From: an uncultured candidate division Zixibacteria bacterium
GTDB lineage: Bacteria > Zixibacteria > MSB-5A5 > GN15 > PGXB01
Assembly: GCA_963702205.1 (NCBI GenBank)
Contig: OY969724.1
Coordinates: 2,304,001 to 2,368,000, forward strand
Reading direction: 5' to 3'
DNA length: 64,000 bases
The notes under the pieces are model-generated. The model was not told where the DNA came from and did no database searches. It was given only the letters and a program-made list of their open reading frames with translations. How positions within the stretch are numbered: position 1 is the stretch's first letter; every line of letters begins with the position of its first letter. This document shows positions 29,312 through 39,434 of the stretch, one piece after another. The position numbers and the translations under genes were made by a program.

Positions 29312-29977
29312 TCAGTCGCAACCATAACCATCAAATGTCATGGAACCATCGCTTTGTGTTCCTTCAAAGATTGCAACCCACGCAGTAAGGCTGTTAATAT
29401 CAGAATCTCTTATTTCAAATATTAGGTCATAATTTGGCGTTCTTAGCTTAAATCCGCTGTTTCGTTTCAAACAAACATCGATTCTCATGGATTTAGAACT
29501 TGGTGTTTGTACTATGTCAGGATGCTCTCCCACAGCCATTATTGCTATTGGCGGATCGGCTGCCAGGTCTAATCCTCTAAAGCCAATGACGAAACAAGGC
29601 TTATCTGGGCAATTGCCTATGCTAATCGATGCTCCAGTTTCCTTTCTTAGGTTTAAGATTTTTAGAAGCTTAATGTTTGGGTCATTGATATTGAATCCCA
29701 GTGGCCTTACATCATCCTTTCCCGATTGCATTGAGTCTATAGCTATGGTTTCGACCTCATTATTTTGTAAAATGCCACCTATAGCATTCGCAATTTTGGT
29801 CAAAGATTCCGTAAAAGTAGCCACAGAAATAATGATAATTCCGGCTATTATGATAATATAAGTTATTTTGTTATTCTTTAATCTCTCAAAGAATGAATCT
29901 ACTTTGTTATTATTCCGCAAATGATTCAACTCCGCAATAGTCTTTAGTAGGTCAGGAGCCGTGCGCTCTCCTGACAT
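29312..29977 (-). CDS. AT-rich hypothetical membrane-anchored protein; possibly 5'-truncated
   Basis: 221-aa ORF with one TM segment and atypical composition; first codons lie inside a REP copy. Confidence 0.55.
   Translation of the reverse strand: MSGERTAPDLLKTIAELNHLRNNNKVDSFFERLKNNKITYIIIIAGIIIISVATFTESLTKIANAIGGILQNNEVETIAIDSMQSGKDDVRPLGFNINDPNIKLLKILNLRKETGASISIGNCPDKPCFVIGFRGLDLAADPPIAIMAVGEHPDIVQTPSSKSMRIDVCLKRNSGFKLRTPNYDLIFEIRDSDINSLTAWVAIFEGTQSDGSMTFDGYGCD
29947..29976 (+). repeat. REP-like element, family A (short 30-nt form)
   Basis: GTAG-GTCAGGAG-ccgtgcgct-CTCCTGAC-A; ends match the 61227-61280 copy. Confidence 0.7.
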
Positions 29978-29986
29978 CTTTTTGCA

Positions 29987-30196
29987 TCAATCTTTCGCCA
30001 AAACCACGTTCACGGCCTTGACCAATACCTGCACCGTATCGCCTTCTTTGATACCCATCTCGTTGAGCGAATCGATCGTAAACACGGCCTGCATGACGGC
30101 CCCGCCGGCAACTTCGACTTTGACCTGACACATCACGCCGCCTTTTTTGATCTCAATGACTTTGCCCGAAAGATTGTTTCTTACTCCGAGTTTCAT
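29987..30196 (-). CDS. TOBE-domain molybdate-binding protein (Mop/molbindin-like)
   Basis: MKLGVRNNLSGKVIEIKKG...T.DS..EMGIKEGD.V..LVKAVNV; RBS GGAGG. Confidence 0.85.
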   Translation of the reverse strand: MKLGVRNNLSGKVIEIKKGGVMCQVKVEVAGGAVMQAVFTIDSLNEMGIKEGDTVQVLVKAVNVVLAKD

Positions 30197-30235
30197 AATT
30201 ACCTCCATTGTTTAGTCCGCCGATTTCTTTTCGCT

Positions 30236-31552
30236 TTATTCATTCTTTTTATCCATCGCCGCCGACTCTCCCGCCAGATAGCCGGTCGAGAACGCCGCCT
30301 GAAGATTAAATCCCCCGGTGTCACCGTCGATATCGATAATTTCCCCGGCCAGATAAAGGCCCTTGAGAATTTTCGATTCCATAGTGCGCGGATTGATTTC
30401 CGAGACGGGAACGCCTCCCGACGTTCTAATCGCTTCTTTAAACCCGCGACTGCCGGAAATCTCGAACCGCAAATCCTTAAGCCACAAGCGCAGGCGTTTG
30501 CGCTCTTCGGCGGTTATCTGATTGCCGGAGACGTCGTGATATATGCGGGTCTGCTGTATACACACCGGGATCAGTTGCGCGGGCAGGAGGCCCTTTAATA
30601 TAGTCTCGAACTGCTTTCTACCCAATGACTCGAAATCGCGCAGCAGTCGCAAATCGAGCTTTTTATCATCGAGAGCAGGTTTGAGGTCGATTGATATTTC
30701 CGCTTTCTGCCTGTTGTCCAATACTTCGACGGCTTGTTTGCTCAATGCAACAACCGACGGTCCACTCAGCCCATACTTCTCGAATTTCATCTCCCCGAAA
30801 TCTTCAGCCAGCTTCTTTTCGTCCACATACAAACTGACATTTATATTTTTCAAAGTCAGCCCGACAAGACCGTCTGAGATTGCGATCGTGGTTTCCAACG
30901 GCACCAGCGCCGGGTGGGGAGGGATGATCGTATGGCCGACTCGTTCGGCGAGCTTGTACCCGTCGCCGGTCGAGCCGGTCGCAGGGTACGATTTCCCGCC
31001 GGTCGCGAGAATCACCGCATCGGCTTTATACAAGCGTCCATCGGTGCGAAACTGTGTCGCCGCTTTCGTTAGAGGAGAGGATATGGCGCTTTTCGGTTCG
31101 CGCGGCACCTGCACGCCGACGATGTGTCCTTCCTCCTGAATCAGCCATTCCACCGGCGAGCGGGTCCGGATCGAAACCCCGCACTGCCGCGCCCAGGCTA
31201 TCATAGCTTTGGCTATTGCGATGGCGTCGTTGTCAACCGGGAAAACTCGGCCGCCGCGTTCGGTATCGGCCACGATACCCAACTCATTCATGAACCTGAC
31301 CAGATCGTGAGAAAAGAATTTGTTGAAAGCCTGGCGAAGGAACCGCCCGTTCTTCCCGAAGTGCTTCAGGAACTCGCCCAACTCGGCGCTGTTGGTCAGG
31401 TTGCAGCGGCCTTTGCCGGTGATGCCCAGCTTGCGCGCCGGGTAGGTCATCTTCTCGAAAAGAAGCACTCTGGCTCCGGCCAGAGCCGCCCGTCCTGCGG
31501 CCATAAGTCCGGCCGGTCCGCCGCCGATTACTATTATCGTTTTTTCTGACAT
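30236..31552 (-). CDS. HI0933/YhiN (BaiN-like) NAD(P)/FAD-dependent oxidoreductase
   Basis: IGGGPAGLMAA, KLGITGKGRCNLTN, ATGGKSYPATGSTGDG, TSGGV, DGDTGGFNLQAAFSTG. Confidence 0.95.
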   Translation of the reverse strand: MSEKTIIVIGGGPAGLMAAGRAALAGARVLLFEKMTYPARKLGITGKGRCNLTNSAELGEFLKHFGKNGRFLRQAFNKFFSHDLVRFMNELGIVADTERGGRVFPVDNDAIAIAKAMIAWARQCGVSIRTRSPVEWLIQEEGHIVGVQVPREPKSAISSPLTKAATQFRTDGRLYKADAVILATGGKSYPATGSTGDGYKLAERVGHTIIPPHPALVPLETTIAISDGLVGLTLKNINVSLYVDEKKLAEDFGEMKFEKYGLSGPSVVALSKQAVEVLDNRQKAEISIDLKPALDDKKLDLRLLRDFESLGRKQFETILKGLLPAQLIPVCIQQTRIYHDVSGNQITAEERKRLRLWLKDLRFEISGSRGFKEAIRTSGGVPVSEINPRTMESKILKGLYLAGEIIDIDGDTGGFNLQAAFSTGYLAGESAAMDKKNE

Positions 31553-31645
31553 TACAGATTCATTATATCTAATTTGTTTACATCTATCAATTTAATTGAC
31601 AACCACCCACGATTTTGTGGATATTTTGCCGATAGGAAATATACG

Positions 31646-32362
31646 ATGAAACCACAACCGTTCGATCTGGAACCGGGCCGCTCGCTGGGCTCGAACTACG
31701 ATATCGTCGATTTTATCGGCGGGGGCTGGGAAGGCGAAGTCTATAAAATCAAAGAACGCAAAACCGGGATCTACCGCGCGGCCAAGCTGTTTTATGACCG
31801 CGACGGTCGCAATCAGCCGTTATTAAAGTACGCCAAAAAGCTTAACAAGCTCAAAGACTGCCCGATCATAATACAGTACCATCACCGCGACACTGCGAGA
31901 ATAAGGGGCAAAGTCTGCGAGTTTCTGGTGGCTGACTTCATCGAAGGCCAGATGCTTTCGGATTTTCTGAAAGGCCAGAAGAAGAAGCGCCTTTCGTCAT
32001 TTGAAGCCCTGAGGTTACTGTATGACATTGCCATCGGCGTGGAACCGATTCATTTCCGGGGCGAATATCACGGTGACATTCATTCCGATAACATTCTCGT
32101 GCGTCGTAAGGGGCTTGGGTTCGACGTCCACCTGATCGACTTTTTCGATCTTGGCCGACCCTCTAAAGAAAGAATCCAGGACGACGTGTTTTCTCTGATA
32201 CAACTGCTGCACGAAGTTGTCGGCGGGGTGGAAGGATATTCCGCCGCCGGTGATGAAGTGCGTCAGATTGTCCTGGGCCGCAAGCGCGGTCTGATCGCCG
32301 CCAAATTCAAAAACGCCGGGCATTTGCGCCTGGCTCTCGAAAATCTCAGCTGGAACGAATAG
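31646..32362 (+). CDS. Minimal Ser/Thr protein kinase-like protein
   Basis: G-loop GGGWEGEVY, AAK lysine, HGDIHSDNILV catalytic loop, IDFF; start ATG 31646. Confidence 0.8.
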   Translation: MKPQPFDLEPGRSLGSNYDIVDFIGGGWEGEVYKIKERKTGIYRAAKLFYDRDGRNQPLLKYAKKLNKLKDCPIIIQYHHRDTARIRGKVCEFLVADFIEGQMLSDFLKGQKKKRLSSFEALRLLYDIAIGVEPIHFRGEYHGDIHSDNILVRRKGLGFDVHLIDFFDLGRPSKERIQDDVFSLIQLLHEVVGGVEGYSAAGDEVRQIVLGRKRGLIAAKFKNAGHLRLALENLSWNE

Positions 32363-32885
32363 GCATAAGTGATATTTTCTCGATCGGAGTGATGACGCCG
32401 TCATCCAAGTCGATTATTTCAATATTTCCGATACGCCCGACAATTTCAATATTTTCGGCGTTTATCTTATCAGCCAGCTTCTTGCAGACAAACGATGCGT
32501 CAGAAATACCGATGGTGATGTGGGGAATGTATGGTGCATCGAGATTGAGAAAGTCGGTCATAAAGCCGGTATATATGGCATCGTGCAGCCTGACCATACC
32601 GCTGAAGCCTTCATCGGGGACGAGAAAGGTATAGTATGACTTATGTACGGGTGTGTGGTGTACAGTCGCGCAGCGAAAAGTGAATTTTATTTCCGGCAGG
32701 CCTCTCACGGTGTCTTTTATGTGGTTTATCAGCCGGGATTTTTCAAAACGCCGCGACGGAAATACAAAAGTAAAGTGTGGCTCGATCGCTTTATAGTTAT
32801 CGCGGTCGTGCTCGGAGCGGATATTTTGAATCCAGTCATAATCCGACTTTTTTAGCTGCGGATAGCTTATTGCCAATAACGCCAT
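32346..32885 (-). CDS. 2H phosphoesterase (2'-5' RNA ligase family)
   Basis: Two HxT motifs: EPHFTFVF and IPHITIG. Confidence 0.85.
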   Translation of the reverse strand: MALLAISYPQLKKSDYDWIQNIRSEHDRDNYKAIEPHFTFVFPSRRFEKSRLINHIKDTVRGLPEIKFTFRCATVHHTPVHKSYYTFLVPDEGFSGMVRLHDAIYTGFMTDFLNLDAPYIPHITIGISDASFVCKKLADKINAENIEIVGRIGNIEIIDLDDGVITPIEKISLMPIRSS

Positions 32886-32912
32886 AGTCGATTCCCTTAT
32901 TGTATTCTGATT

Positions 32913-33617
32913 TTAGTTGTGGGCTATATACAATCCCCGTCCGAAAAGACCTTTTTCGTCGTATTCGACTTTAAGCCCGACCTTCGCGAAGCTTCCCAGC
33001 ATCTCTTCTTTCGTAAACAGCCCCATTTCGTGCACTTCAGTCAAATGTTCTATGCCGTCCTTGGTCCCGACCAGATACTGGAAGTGGATGCGGTGAATCC
33101 GGCCATCGATTTCAGTATGTGACATGCGCGCTATTTTTATATCGTTTTCATCAGCCATGGTGCAATCGAAATATCCGTGACGAGCCACTTCGGGCGTGAA
33201 CCACGGCTCGACCAACATGATGCCGTCATCGTTGATATGCCTTTTTAAACAATTCAGAGTATTGGCAACATTTTCAAGCGAGCGAACATACCCAATAGAC
33301 GAGAACAGGCACATGACAATATCGTATTTCCTGCCCAGATCGAAGTTCGTCATATCGCCGACAAAGAATTCTCCGGTCTGCTTTTTGGACCGGGCGATTT
33401 CGACCATTTCCGGCATGATGTCGACACCGTCGATGATGTAATCGCCTTTCTCGGACAAAATCCGTGCGTGTTCTCCGGTTCCGACGGCGACGTCGAGGAT
33501 AGTCCTGGCATTTGGTTGTTTGTCTTTCAGAAGATTGAGGATTTTATCGCATTCGGAATTGTAGTCCTTGAATTTCGAATAAATCCGATCATAATATTTA
33601 TAGGACTCGGTATACAT
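32913..33617 (-). CDS. Class I SAM-dependent methyltransferase
   Basis: YYDRIYS.KDY, ILDVAVGTGEH, GDMTNFDLG, CLFSSIGY; start ATG 33617. Confidence 0.9.
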   Translation of the reverse strand: MYTESYKYYDRIYSKFKDYNSECDKILNLLKDKQPNARTILDVAVGTGEHARILSEKGDYIIDGVDIMPEMVEIARSKKQTGEFFVGDMTNFDLGRKYDIVMCLFSSIGYVRSLENVANTLNCLKRHINDDGIMLVEPWFTPEVARHGYFDCTMADENDIKIARMSHTEIDGRIHRIHFQYLVGTKDGIEHLTEVHEMGLFTKEEMLGSFAKVGLKVEYDEKGLFGRGLYIAHN

Positions 33618-34006
33618 GATGCTGATTAAATTACAATCGCTGCCGCGACAAATCAATATAGAACTGAATATGCCCAAAATCATCTACTATTCTCTATAAT
33701 CCAAAGTCGGAACATCGATTACGAAAAAATGGGTTCGTTTTCGGTTTTAAAAAAATTGTTCCTGCCATTCTTCGTTGATTTTAAATGTCGTAACTGCCGC
33801 TCTCATATAATAGGTGAGCGATCTCAATCAAGTGCGGTTTTGTAGTAATATTGAATTAATATATGCTTCTAAAGATTCAATGATGGTAAGCTACTCGAAA
33901 AGTGGTATGCTTTCAGGGGCGGGGAGTGGAAAGCCGGGCACACCGTGGAGTTAATGGCTGAAGAGTAAATATTAATTGTCTGATTCGGATTTTCGTTACT
34001 TAATTG

Positions 34007-34048
34007 TGTCAGGTCTCAACCATAAGAATGGTCAGGACGTGCCACAAC
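34007..34048 (-). repeat. Degenerate REP-like element, family A
   Basis: Reverse complement gttgtggcacgtcc-hairpin-agacctgaca resembles the 34891 copy (gcacgtcc...gacccgaca). Confidence 0.4.
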
Positions 34049-34086
34049 ATAAAACGGCGGAAGAATAGAAAATAAAATTCAACTGG

Positions 34087-34719
34087 TTATTTTGTCAGCC
34101 TGAAGCTCTCCAGAACATTTTCGAAAGCTCGCTGGGCGATGCCGAGATCAAGTCGATTCGGGATATTTAACTGAAAAACCACTATTTCCGATCCGGCGTT
34201 GCCATAGGCGATCATAGCTTCTCGCGATTTACCGCCCGGATCGCTTAATTCCAGCACGATGCAGGTATCTATTTTGGACGTATCCGGTTTGATCGCCTTA
34301 CTTAAGCCGAACTTATGTTCGAGGACTTTTTGGCGGTGAGCCCGGTCGTGCAGCGGATACCGATCGTAAAAAAGGATGCCTTTGGTCTTGTTCAGGTGCA
34401 GCGAATCGCGCGTGATAAATTCATCGAAAGTCAGAGAGTCAAGATCGAGCACCCAGACCATAATTTGTTTGGTCGCACTGAAATAAGTCTCGTTTCCGGG
34501 AAACATCGCCGCCGTATAGCCGTCGAAATAGGCATTGGTCGTGTCGACAACCCACCCCTGCGGCGCGACAAACATAAAAGAATGATCGACACCGTCGTAA
34601 TAAATCGTGTCGCCGGGAAGAGTATCGGGCACATTGGGCGGGGCGGATGATTCCACAGCCGCCGCAAGAGTTAACGGCAGCGCCACTAGAAATATAAATG
34701 CCAGAGTAAGAAACTTCAT
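34087..34719 (-). CDS. Secreted hypothetical protein
   Basis: Signal peptide MKFLTLAFIFLVALPLTLAA from ATG 34719; the longer upstream ORF extension runs through repeats. Confidence 0.7.
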   Translation of the reverse strand: MKFLTLAFIFLVALPLTLAAAVESSAPPNVPDTLPGDTIYYDGVDHSFMFVAPQGWVVDTTNAYFDGYTAAMFPGNETYFSATKQIMVWVLDLDSLTFDEFITRDSLHLNKTKGILFYDRYPLHDRAHRQKVLEHKFGLSKAIKPDTSKIDTCIVLELSDPGGKSREAMIAYGNAGSEIVVFQLNIPNRLDLGIAQRAFENVLESFRLTK

Positions 34720-34827
34720 CTTGTAATCCAATATATATTCTTTTACGAAAAATGGAAGAATTTTTGCCAGAGTATTATGGCCGGTCCGCGGATAGGGGCT
34801 TGTTGAAAAAGGGACACAAATCTGTTT

Positions 34828-34932
34828 CGTCAGGTGCCGATTCCGACGAAGTCGGGATTGACGCCTGACGGGGCCTATACTTATAAGGCTGCAGGTCGCA
34901 CGTCCCGATAAATCGGGACGCAGGACCCGACA
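34828..34932. repeat. Two adjacent REP-like palindromes, family A
   Basis: CGTCAGGTG..TTCCGAC-gaa-GTCGGGA..CGCCTGACG (34828-34870) and GCAGGTCG..GTCCCGAT-aa-ATCGGGAC..CCCGACA (34891-34932). Confidence 0.55.
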
Positions 34933-35122
34933 GAACAGGTTCATTTTTGCCAGAGCATTAAGGGTGGTTCATGGACGGAATGGGGTTCCCGGCCATATCG
35001 CATAATGGTCTTGCGGGAGGGGAAAATAAAGATTATATTAGCAATTCTGCCGTTGTTGCGCCTGATGGCGTATGACATTGTAGAATAGAGACTTAAAATC
35101 ATAGATCTATGAGGTAACGTAC

Positions 35123-36172
35123 ATGGTAGGAATTGTCGGCTATGGAGCGCATATCCCGCGTCACCGGATCAAAGTCGAGGAAATCGCCAAGGTCTGGGGA
35201 GCCGATGCGCCAAGCTACAAAAAAGGACTTATGTTGACCCAGAAGTCGGTTCCGACTCCGGATACCGACACGATTACGCTTTCGGTTGAAGCCACAAAAA
35301 ACGCCCTGAAGCGGGCCGGAAATATCAACCCGGCCGACATCGGGGCCATATATATCGGCTCGGAATCACACCCTTACGCGGTTAAGCCGTCGGGGACAGT
35401 CGTGGCCGACGCCATTGGAGCCTGCCCCGACATTCACTGCGCCGATTTCGAGTTCGCCTGCAAAGCGGGGTCCGAAGCGATGTTTGTTTGTCTCGGGCTG
35501 GTTAAGTCCGGCTACATCAAATACGGTCTGGCCATCGGCGCCGACACATCGCAGGGTGCTCCCGGTGATGCTCTCGAATATTCGGCGGCAGCCGGAGGCG
35601 CAGCCTTCATCATGGGCGCGGAAAACGTCATCGCCGAGGTATTGCACACATACTCATACATGACCGACACGCCGGATTTCTGGCGTCGCGAGCATGAGTA
35701 TTATCCTCAGCACGGCGGACGGTTCACCGGCGAACCGGCCTATTTCACACATACTCTGGGTGCTGCCAAAGGCATTATGAAAATGGCCAACATGGAACCG
35801 AAAGATTTCGACTATGCCGTCTTCCATCAGCCCAACGGCAAATTCCCGATGCGGGCCGGCAAGATGCTCGGCTTCACGAAAGAACAGCTCGAGCCGGGCT
35901 GGTTGTCGCCGATACTCGGCAACACGTATTCCGGCGCTTCGCCGGTCGGCCTGACCGCCACTCTCGACATCGCCAGGCCGGGCGATAAGATTCTGATGGT
36001 ATCGTACGGTTCCGGCGCCGGGTCGGATGCTTTCGTCTGGCAGGTGACGGACCGTATTAACGAGGTGCGCGATAAAGCGGTCAAGACGAGAAAACTCCTC
36101 GACGAAAATGTGACTTACATTGACTATGGAACCTATGCCAAATTCAGGCACAAAATACGGAAGAACAAGTAG
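35123..36172 (+). CDS. Hydroxymethylglutaryl-CoA synthase, archaeal type
   Basis: [28 protein letters not shown] (Glu), EFACKAG (Cys), [16 protein letters not shown] (His), [15 protein letters not shown]. Confidence 0.95.
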   Translation: MVGIVGYGAHIPRHRIKVEEIAKVWGADAPSYKKGLMLTQKSVPTPDTDTITLSVEATKNALKRAGNINPADIGAIYIGSESHPYAVKPSGTVVADAIGACPDIHCADFEFACKAGSEAMFVCLGLVKSGYIKYGLAIGADTSQGAPGDALEYSAAAGGAAFIMGAENVIAEVLHTYSYMTDTPDFWRREHEYYPQHGGRFTGEPAYFTHTLGAAKGIMKMANMEPKDFDYAVFHQPNGKFPMRAGKMLGFTKEQLEPGWLSPILGNTYSGASPVGLTATLDIARPGDKILMVSYGSGAGSDAFVWQVTDRINEVRDKAVKTRKLLDENVTYIDYGTYAKFRHKIRKNK

Positions 36173-36184
36173 GAGGTGCATGAA

Positions 36185-37345
36185 ATGAGAGACGTAGCAG
36201 TTGTCGGCATAGGCATGAATAAATGGGGCGAGTTATGGGGCAAATCGTTCCGCGATATATTTGTCGAGGCCGCATTAACGGCAATAAATGACGCCGGAGT
36301 GGATAAGATCGATTCTATGACTATCGGTTGTATGTCCGGCGGTCTGTTTGTCGGTCAGGAGCACCTCGCTTCACTGATGGCCGATTATTTGGGTTACCGG
36401 TACTTGCCCGCAACACGGGTCGAATCGGCCTGTGCATCGGGTGGACTGGCTTTCCGTTCGGCCTATATCGAGGTCGCTTCGGGTATGTCCGATATAGTTC
36501 TGGCCGGTGGTGTCGAGAAGATGACCGACGTCTCCGGCGACGGAGCCACATACGCTCTGGCGACGGCGGCCGATCAGGAGTACGAAGTTTTCCACGGCGC
36601 CACTTTCCCGGGGCTGTACGCTTTGATGGCCATAGCCCACATGGATAAGTACGGCACCACGCGCGACCAGCTGTCGGCCGTATCGGTTAAAAACCATAAA
36701 AACGGCGCCAAGAATCCCAACGCGCAATATCCTTTTGAAACGACGATAGAAGACGTCAATAATTCGGTTATGGTGGCCTCACCGCTTCGCATCATGGACT
36801 GCTCGCCGATTACCGATGGTGCCGCCGCCGTGATTTTGACGACCGTCGATATCGCGAAGAAGCTCGGCAAACCGATTATTAAAATTATCGGTTCGGGACA
36901 CGCCACGGATACGATTGCGCTGCATTCGCGCAAGGACCTGACCACTCTCGCGGCGACGAATGTGGCCGGTGAGCGGGCGTTCAAGATGGCCGGGAAAACG
37001 ATCAAAGACGTCGATTTCGCCGAAGTGCACGATTGCTTCACGATCGCCGAGATTATCGTCACCGAAGCGCTGGGAATTTTCCCGGCGGGCAAAGGTGGTG
37101 AAATGGCGGCCAAAGGCGAAACCGGATTGGAGGGATCATTCCCGATCAACACGTCGGGTGGTCTCAAATCCAAAGGCCATCCCGTCGGTGCGACCGGTAT
37201 CGCCCAGATTTACGAAATAGTCAAGCAGCTGCGCGGGCAGGCCGAGAACGGGCGTCAGTTGAAGAACAACCCGAAAATCGGTATGGCGCAAAATATGGGT
37301 GGGTCCGGCGGATCGACCCTGGTTCATCTGTTGGAGGTCGAATAA
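36185..37345 (+). CDS. Acetoacetyl-CoA thiolase, archaeal/SCP2-like type
   Basis: [10 protein letters not shown] (Cys), [44 protein letters not shown]. Confidence 0.92.
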   Translation: MRDVAVVGIGMNKWGELWGKSFRDIFVEAALTAINDAGVDKIDSMTIGCMSGGLFVGQEHLASLMADYLGYRYLPATRVESACASGGLAFRSAYIEVASGMSDIVLAGGVEKMTDVSGDGATYALATAADQEYEVFHGATFPGLYALMAIAHMDKYGTTRDQLSAVSVKNHKNGAKNPNAQYPFETTIEDVNNSVMVASPLRIMDCSPITDGAAAVILTTVDIAKKLGKPIIKIIGSGHATDTIALHSRKDLTTLAATNVAGERAFKMAGKTIKDVDFAEVHDCFTIAEIIVTEALGIFPAGKGGEMAAKGETGLEGSFPINTSGGLKSKGHPVGATGIAQIYEIVKQLRGQAENGRQLKNNPKIGMAQNMGGSGGSTLVHLLEVE

Positions 37346-37740
37346 TGTTTCCATCACGTATATGGCGAGAAAAGGGACAGCGCTACCGCCTGGAAGCCGG
37401 GAAATGCAAATCGTGCGGTTATATCGCTTTCCCACCGCGCCTGGTCTGCCCGGAATGCGGAGCCCGCGAGTTCGATACGATCAAACTCCCCGATACCGGT
37501 AAACTCCTGACGTACACCGTCATTCGGGTGGCACCGTCGCAGTTCACCGATGAAGCACCGTACGCCCTGGGTATCGCCGAACTCAGCAACGGCGTCAGGC
37601 TCACCGCGCAGGTCGTCGATTGCGACGTCGACAAGATCAAAGTGGGGATGGAAGTCAGGATAGAATTCCGGCGCATCCAGACTCACGATACCCACGGCGT
37701 ATTGAGTTACGGGTACAAATTCGTTCCCAAGTGGTACTAA
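37345..37740 (+). CDS. DUF35 Zn-ribbon/OB-fold scaffold protein
   Basis: CKSCG..AFPPRLVCPECG Zn ribbon followed by an OB fold ending YGYKF; TAATG coupling to the thiolase. Confidence 0.92.
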   Translation: MFPSRIWREKGQRYRLEAGKCKSCGYIAFPPRLVCPECGAREFDTIKLPDTGKLLTYTVIRVAPSQFTDEAPYALGIAELSNGVRLTAQVVDCDVDKIKVGMEVRIEFRRIQTHDTHGVLSYGYKFVPKWY

Positions 37741-37754
37741 TGTAAAACAAAACC

Positions 37755-37787
37755 GGGGTCCCGACCGGAAGGCGGGACCCTGTTTTT
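37755..37787 (+). terminator. Rho-independent terminator
   Basis: GGGTCCCG-loop-CGGGACCC-TGTTTTT. Confidence 0.75.
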
Positions 37788-37816
37788 ATAAAGCCTGATT
37801 CTGGAATGGGAATCAT

Positions 37817-39424
37817 ATGTTTAGAATAGAATCCAAGATTAGTACATCATCGGATATTTTTAAAGAAAACGATAAACGCAACCGCGAAGAACACGCTCTG
37901 TTCAAAGAGCGGTTGGACAAGGTTAAGCAGGGGGGAAGCGAGAGGGCCCGCACAGTGCATCTCGATCGCGGCAAACTTCTGACCCGCGAGCGGGTTTCGC
38001 GCCTGTTTGACAAGAACACTCCTTTTCTGGAGATGTCGCCGCTGGCGACCTGGGATATGCACGACAACGCAGCACCCTGCGCTGGTTTGATTACGGGCAT
38101 CGGCGTCATCCACGGCAAGGAAGTCATGGTCATCGCCAACGACGCCACCGTCAAAGGCGGAACGTACTATCCGGAAACGATCCTGAAGCACGCCCGGGCC
38201 CAGCGCATCGCCGAGGACAATCATCTGCCGTGCATTTATCTGGTCGATTCGGGCGGCATCTTTTTGCCGCTGCAATCGGGCGTCTTTCCCGACAAAGATC
38301 ATTTCGGCCGGATATTTTATAATCAGGCCAGGATGTCGGCGATGGGCATCCCGCAGATTTCTCTGGTGCTCGGTTCCTGCACCGCCGGAGGGGCGTACTT
38401 ACCGGCTATGTCCGACGAGACGATCATTGTCCGTAAGCAGGGGACGATTTTTATCGGCGGCCCGCCTTTGGTAAAAGCGGCTACGGGCGAAGAGGTCAGC
38501 GCCGAGGATTTGGGCGGGGCCGACGTGCACTGCCGGACTTCCGGTGTGTCCGATCATTACGCTCAGAACGATGAGCACGCGCTTTCCATCGCTCGCAATA
38601 TCGTGCAGAATCTCAATACGCGGGCCAAATTCGAGCTCGATATGTCCGAGCCGGAGGAGCCGTACTATGACTCCGAGGAACTCTACGGCGTCGTACCGTA
38701 CGATTATCGCAAGCAGTATGACATCCGGGATTTGATCGCGCGCGTTGTCGATGGCTCCCGCTTCCACGAATTCAAAGAGCTGTACGGTATAACTCTTGTG
38801 TGCGGTTTTGCCCGCATTATGGGCTACCCGGTCGGGATTCTGGCTAACAACGGCGTGCTCTTTTCGGAGTCATCGCTCAAAGGCGCGCACTTTATCGAAC
38901 TTTGCACCGAGCGCAAGATACCGCTTTTATTTTTACAAAATATTACCGGGTTTATGGTTGGTCGTCAGTACGAAGCAGGCGGCATTGCCCGTGACGGCGC
39001 CAAGATGGTCCATGCCGTCGCCAATGCCCAGGTGCCCAAGTTCACGGTTATCGTGGGAGGGTCGTTCGGTGCGGGCAACTATGCCATGTGCGGACGCGGC
39101 TATTTCCCGAGGCTTTTATGGATGTGGCCCAACAGCCGGATTTGCGTCATGGGCGGCGAACAGGCCGCCGACGTTCTCGCGACGGTCAAGGTCCGTCAGC
39201 TGGAAAGACAGGGCAAAAAACTTACCAAAGAAGAAATCGACGAAATCCGCCAGCCGATTGTCGAAAAATATACGGCGGAAAGCCTGCCGTACTATTCGAC
39301 CGCTCGTCTGTGGGACGACGGCATAATCGGCATGACCGAAACGCGCGAAGCGGTCGCGCTGGGGATTTCGATGTCGCTCAATCAACCGATACCGGATCAA
39401 CGCTACGGCGTGTTTAGAATGTAG
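37817..39424 (+). CDS. liuB: 3-methylcrotonyl-CoA carboxylase carboxyltransferase (beta) subunit
   Basis: [69 protein letters not shown]-terminal GVFRM. Confidence 0.9.
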   Translation: MFRIESKISTSSDIFKENDKRNREEHALFKERLDKVKQGGSERARTVHLDRGKLLTRERVSRLFDKNTPFLEMSPLATWDMHDNAAPCAGLITGIGVIHGKEVMVIANDATVKGGTYYPETILKHARAQRIAEDNHLPCIYLVDSGGIFLPLQSGVFPDKDHFGRIFYNQARMSAMGIPQISLVLGSCTAGGAYLPAMSDETIIVRKQGTIFIGGPPLVKAATGEEVSAEDLGGADVHCRTSGVSDHYAQNDEHALSIARNIVQNLNTRAKFELDMSEPEEPYYDSEELYGVVPYDYRKQYDIRDLIARVVDGSRFHEFKELYGITLVCGFARIMGYPVGILANNGVLFSESSLKGAHFIELCTERKIPLLFLQNITGFMVGRQYEAGGIARDGAKMVHAVANAQVPKFTVIVGGSFGAGNYAMCGRGYFPRLLWMWPNSRICVMGGEQAADVLATVKVRQLERQGKKLTKEEIDEIRQPIVEKYTAESLPYYSTARLWDDGIIGMTETREAVALGISMSLNQPIPDQRYGVFRM

Positions 39425-39434
39425 CGGAGATGAG

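Noticed and set aside
34720..34944. N-terminal extension of the 34087 ORF
   Set aside because: Runs through REP-like palindromes; the signal peptide starts at ATG 34719
35123..37740. PhlABC/2,4-diacetylphloroglucinol cluster
   Set aside because: No type III PKS (phlD), and the synthase keeps the full HMGS Glu/Cys/His catalytic set
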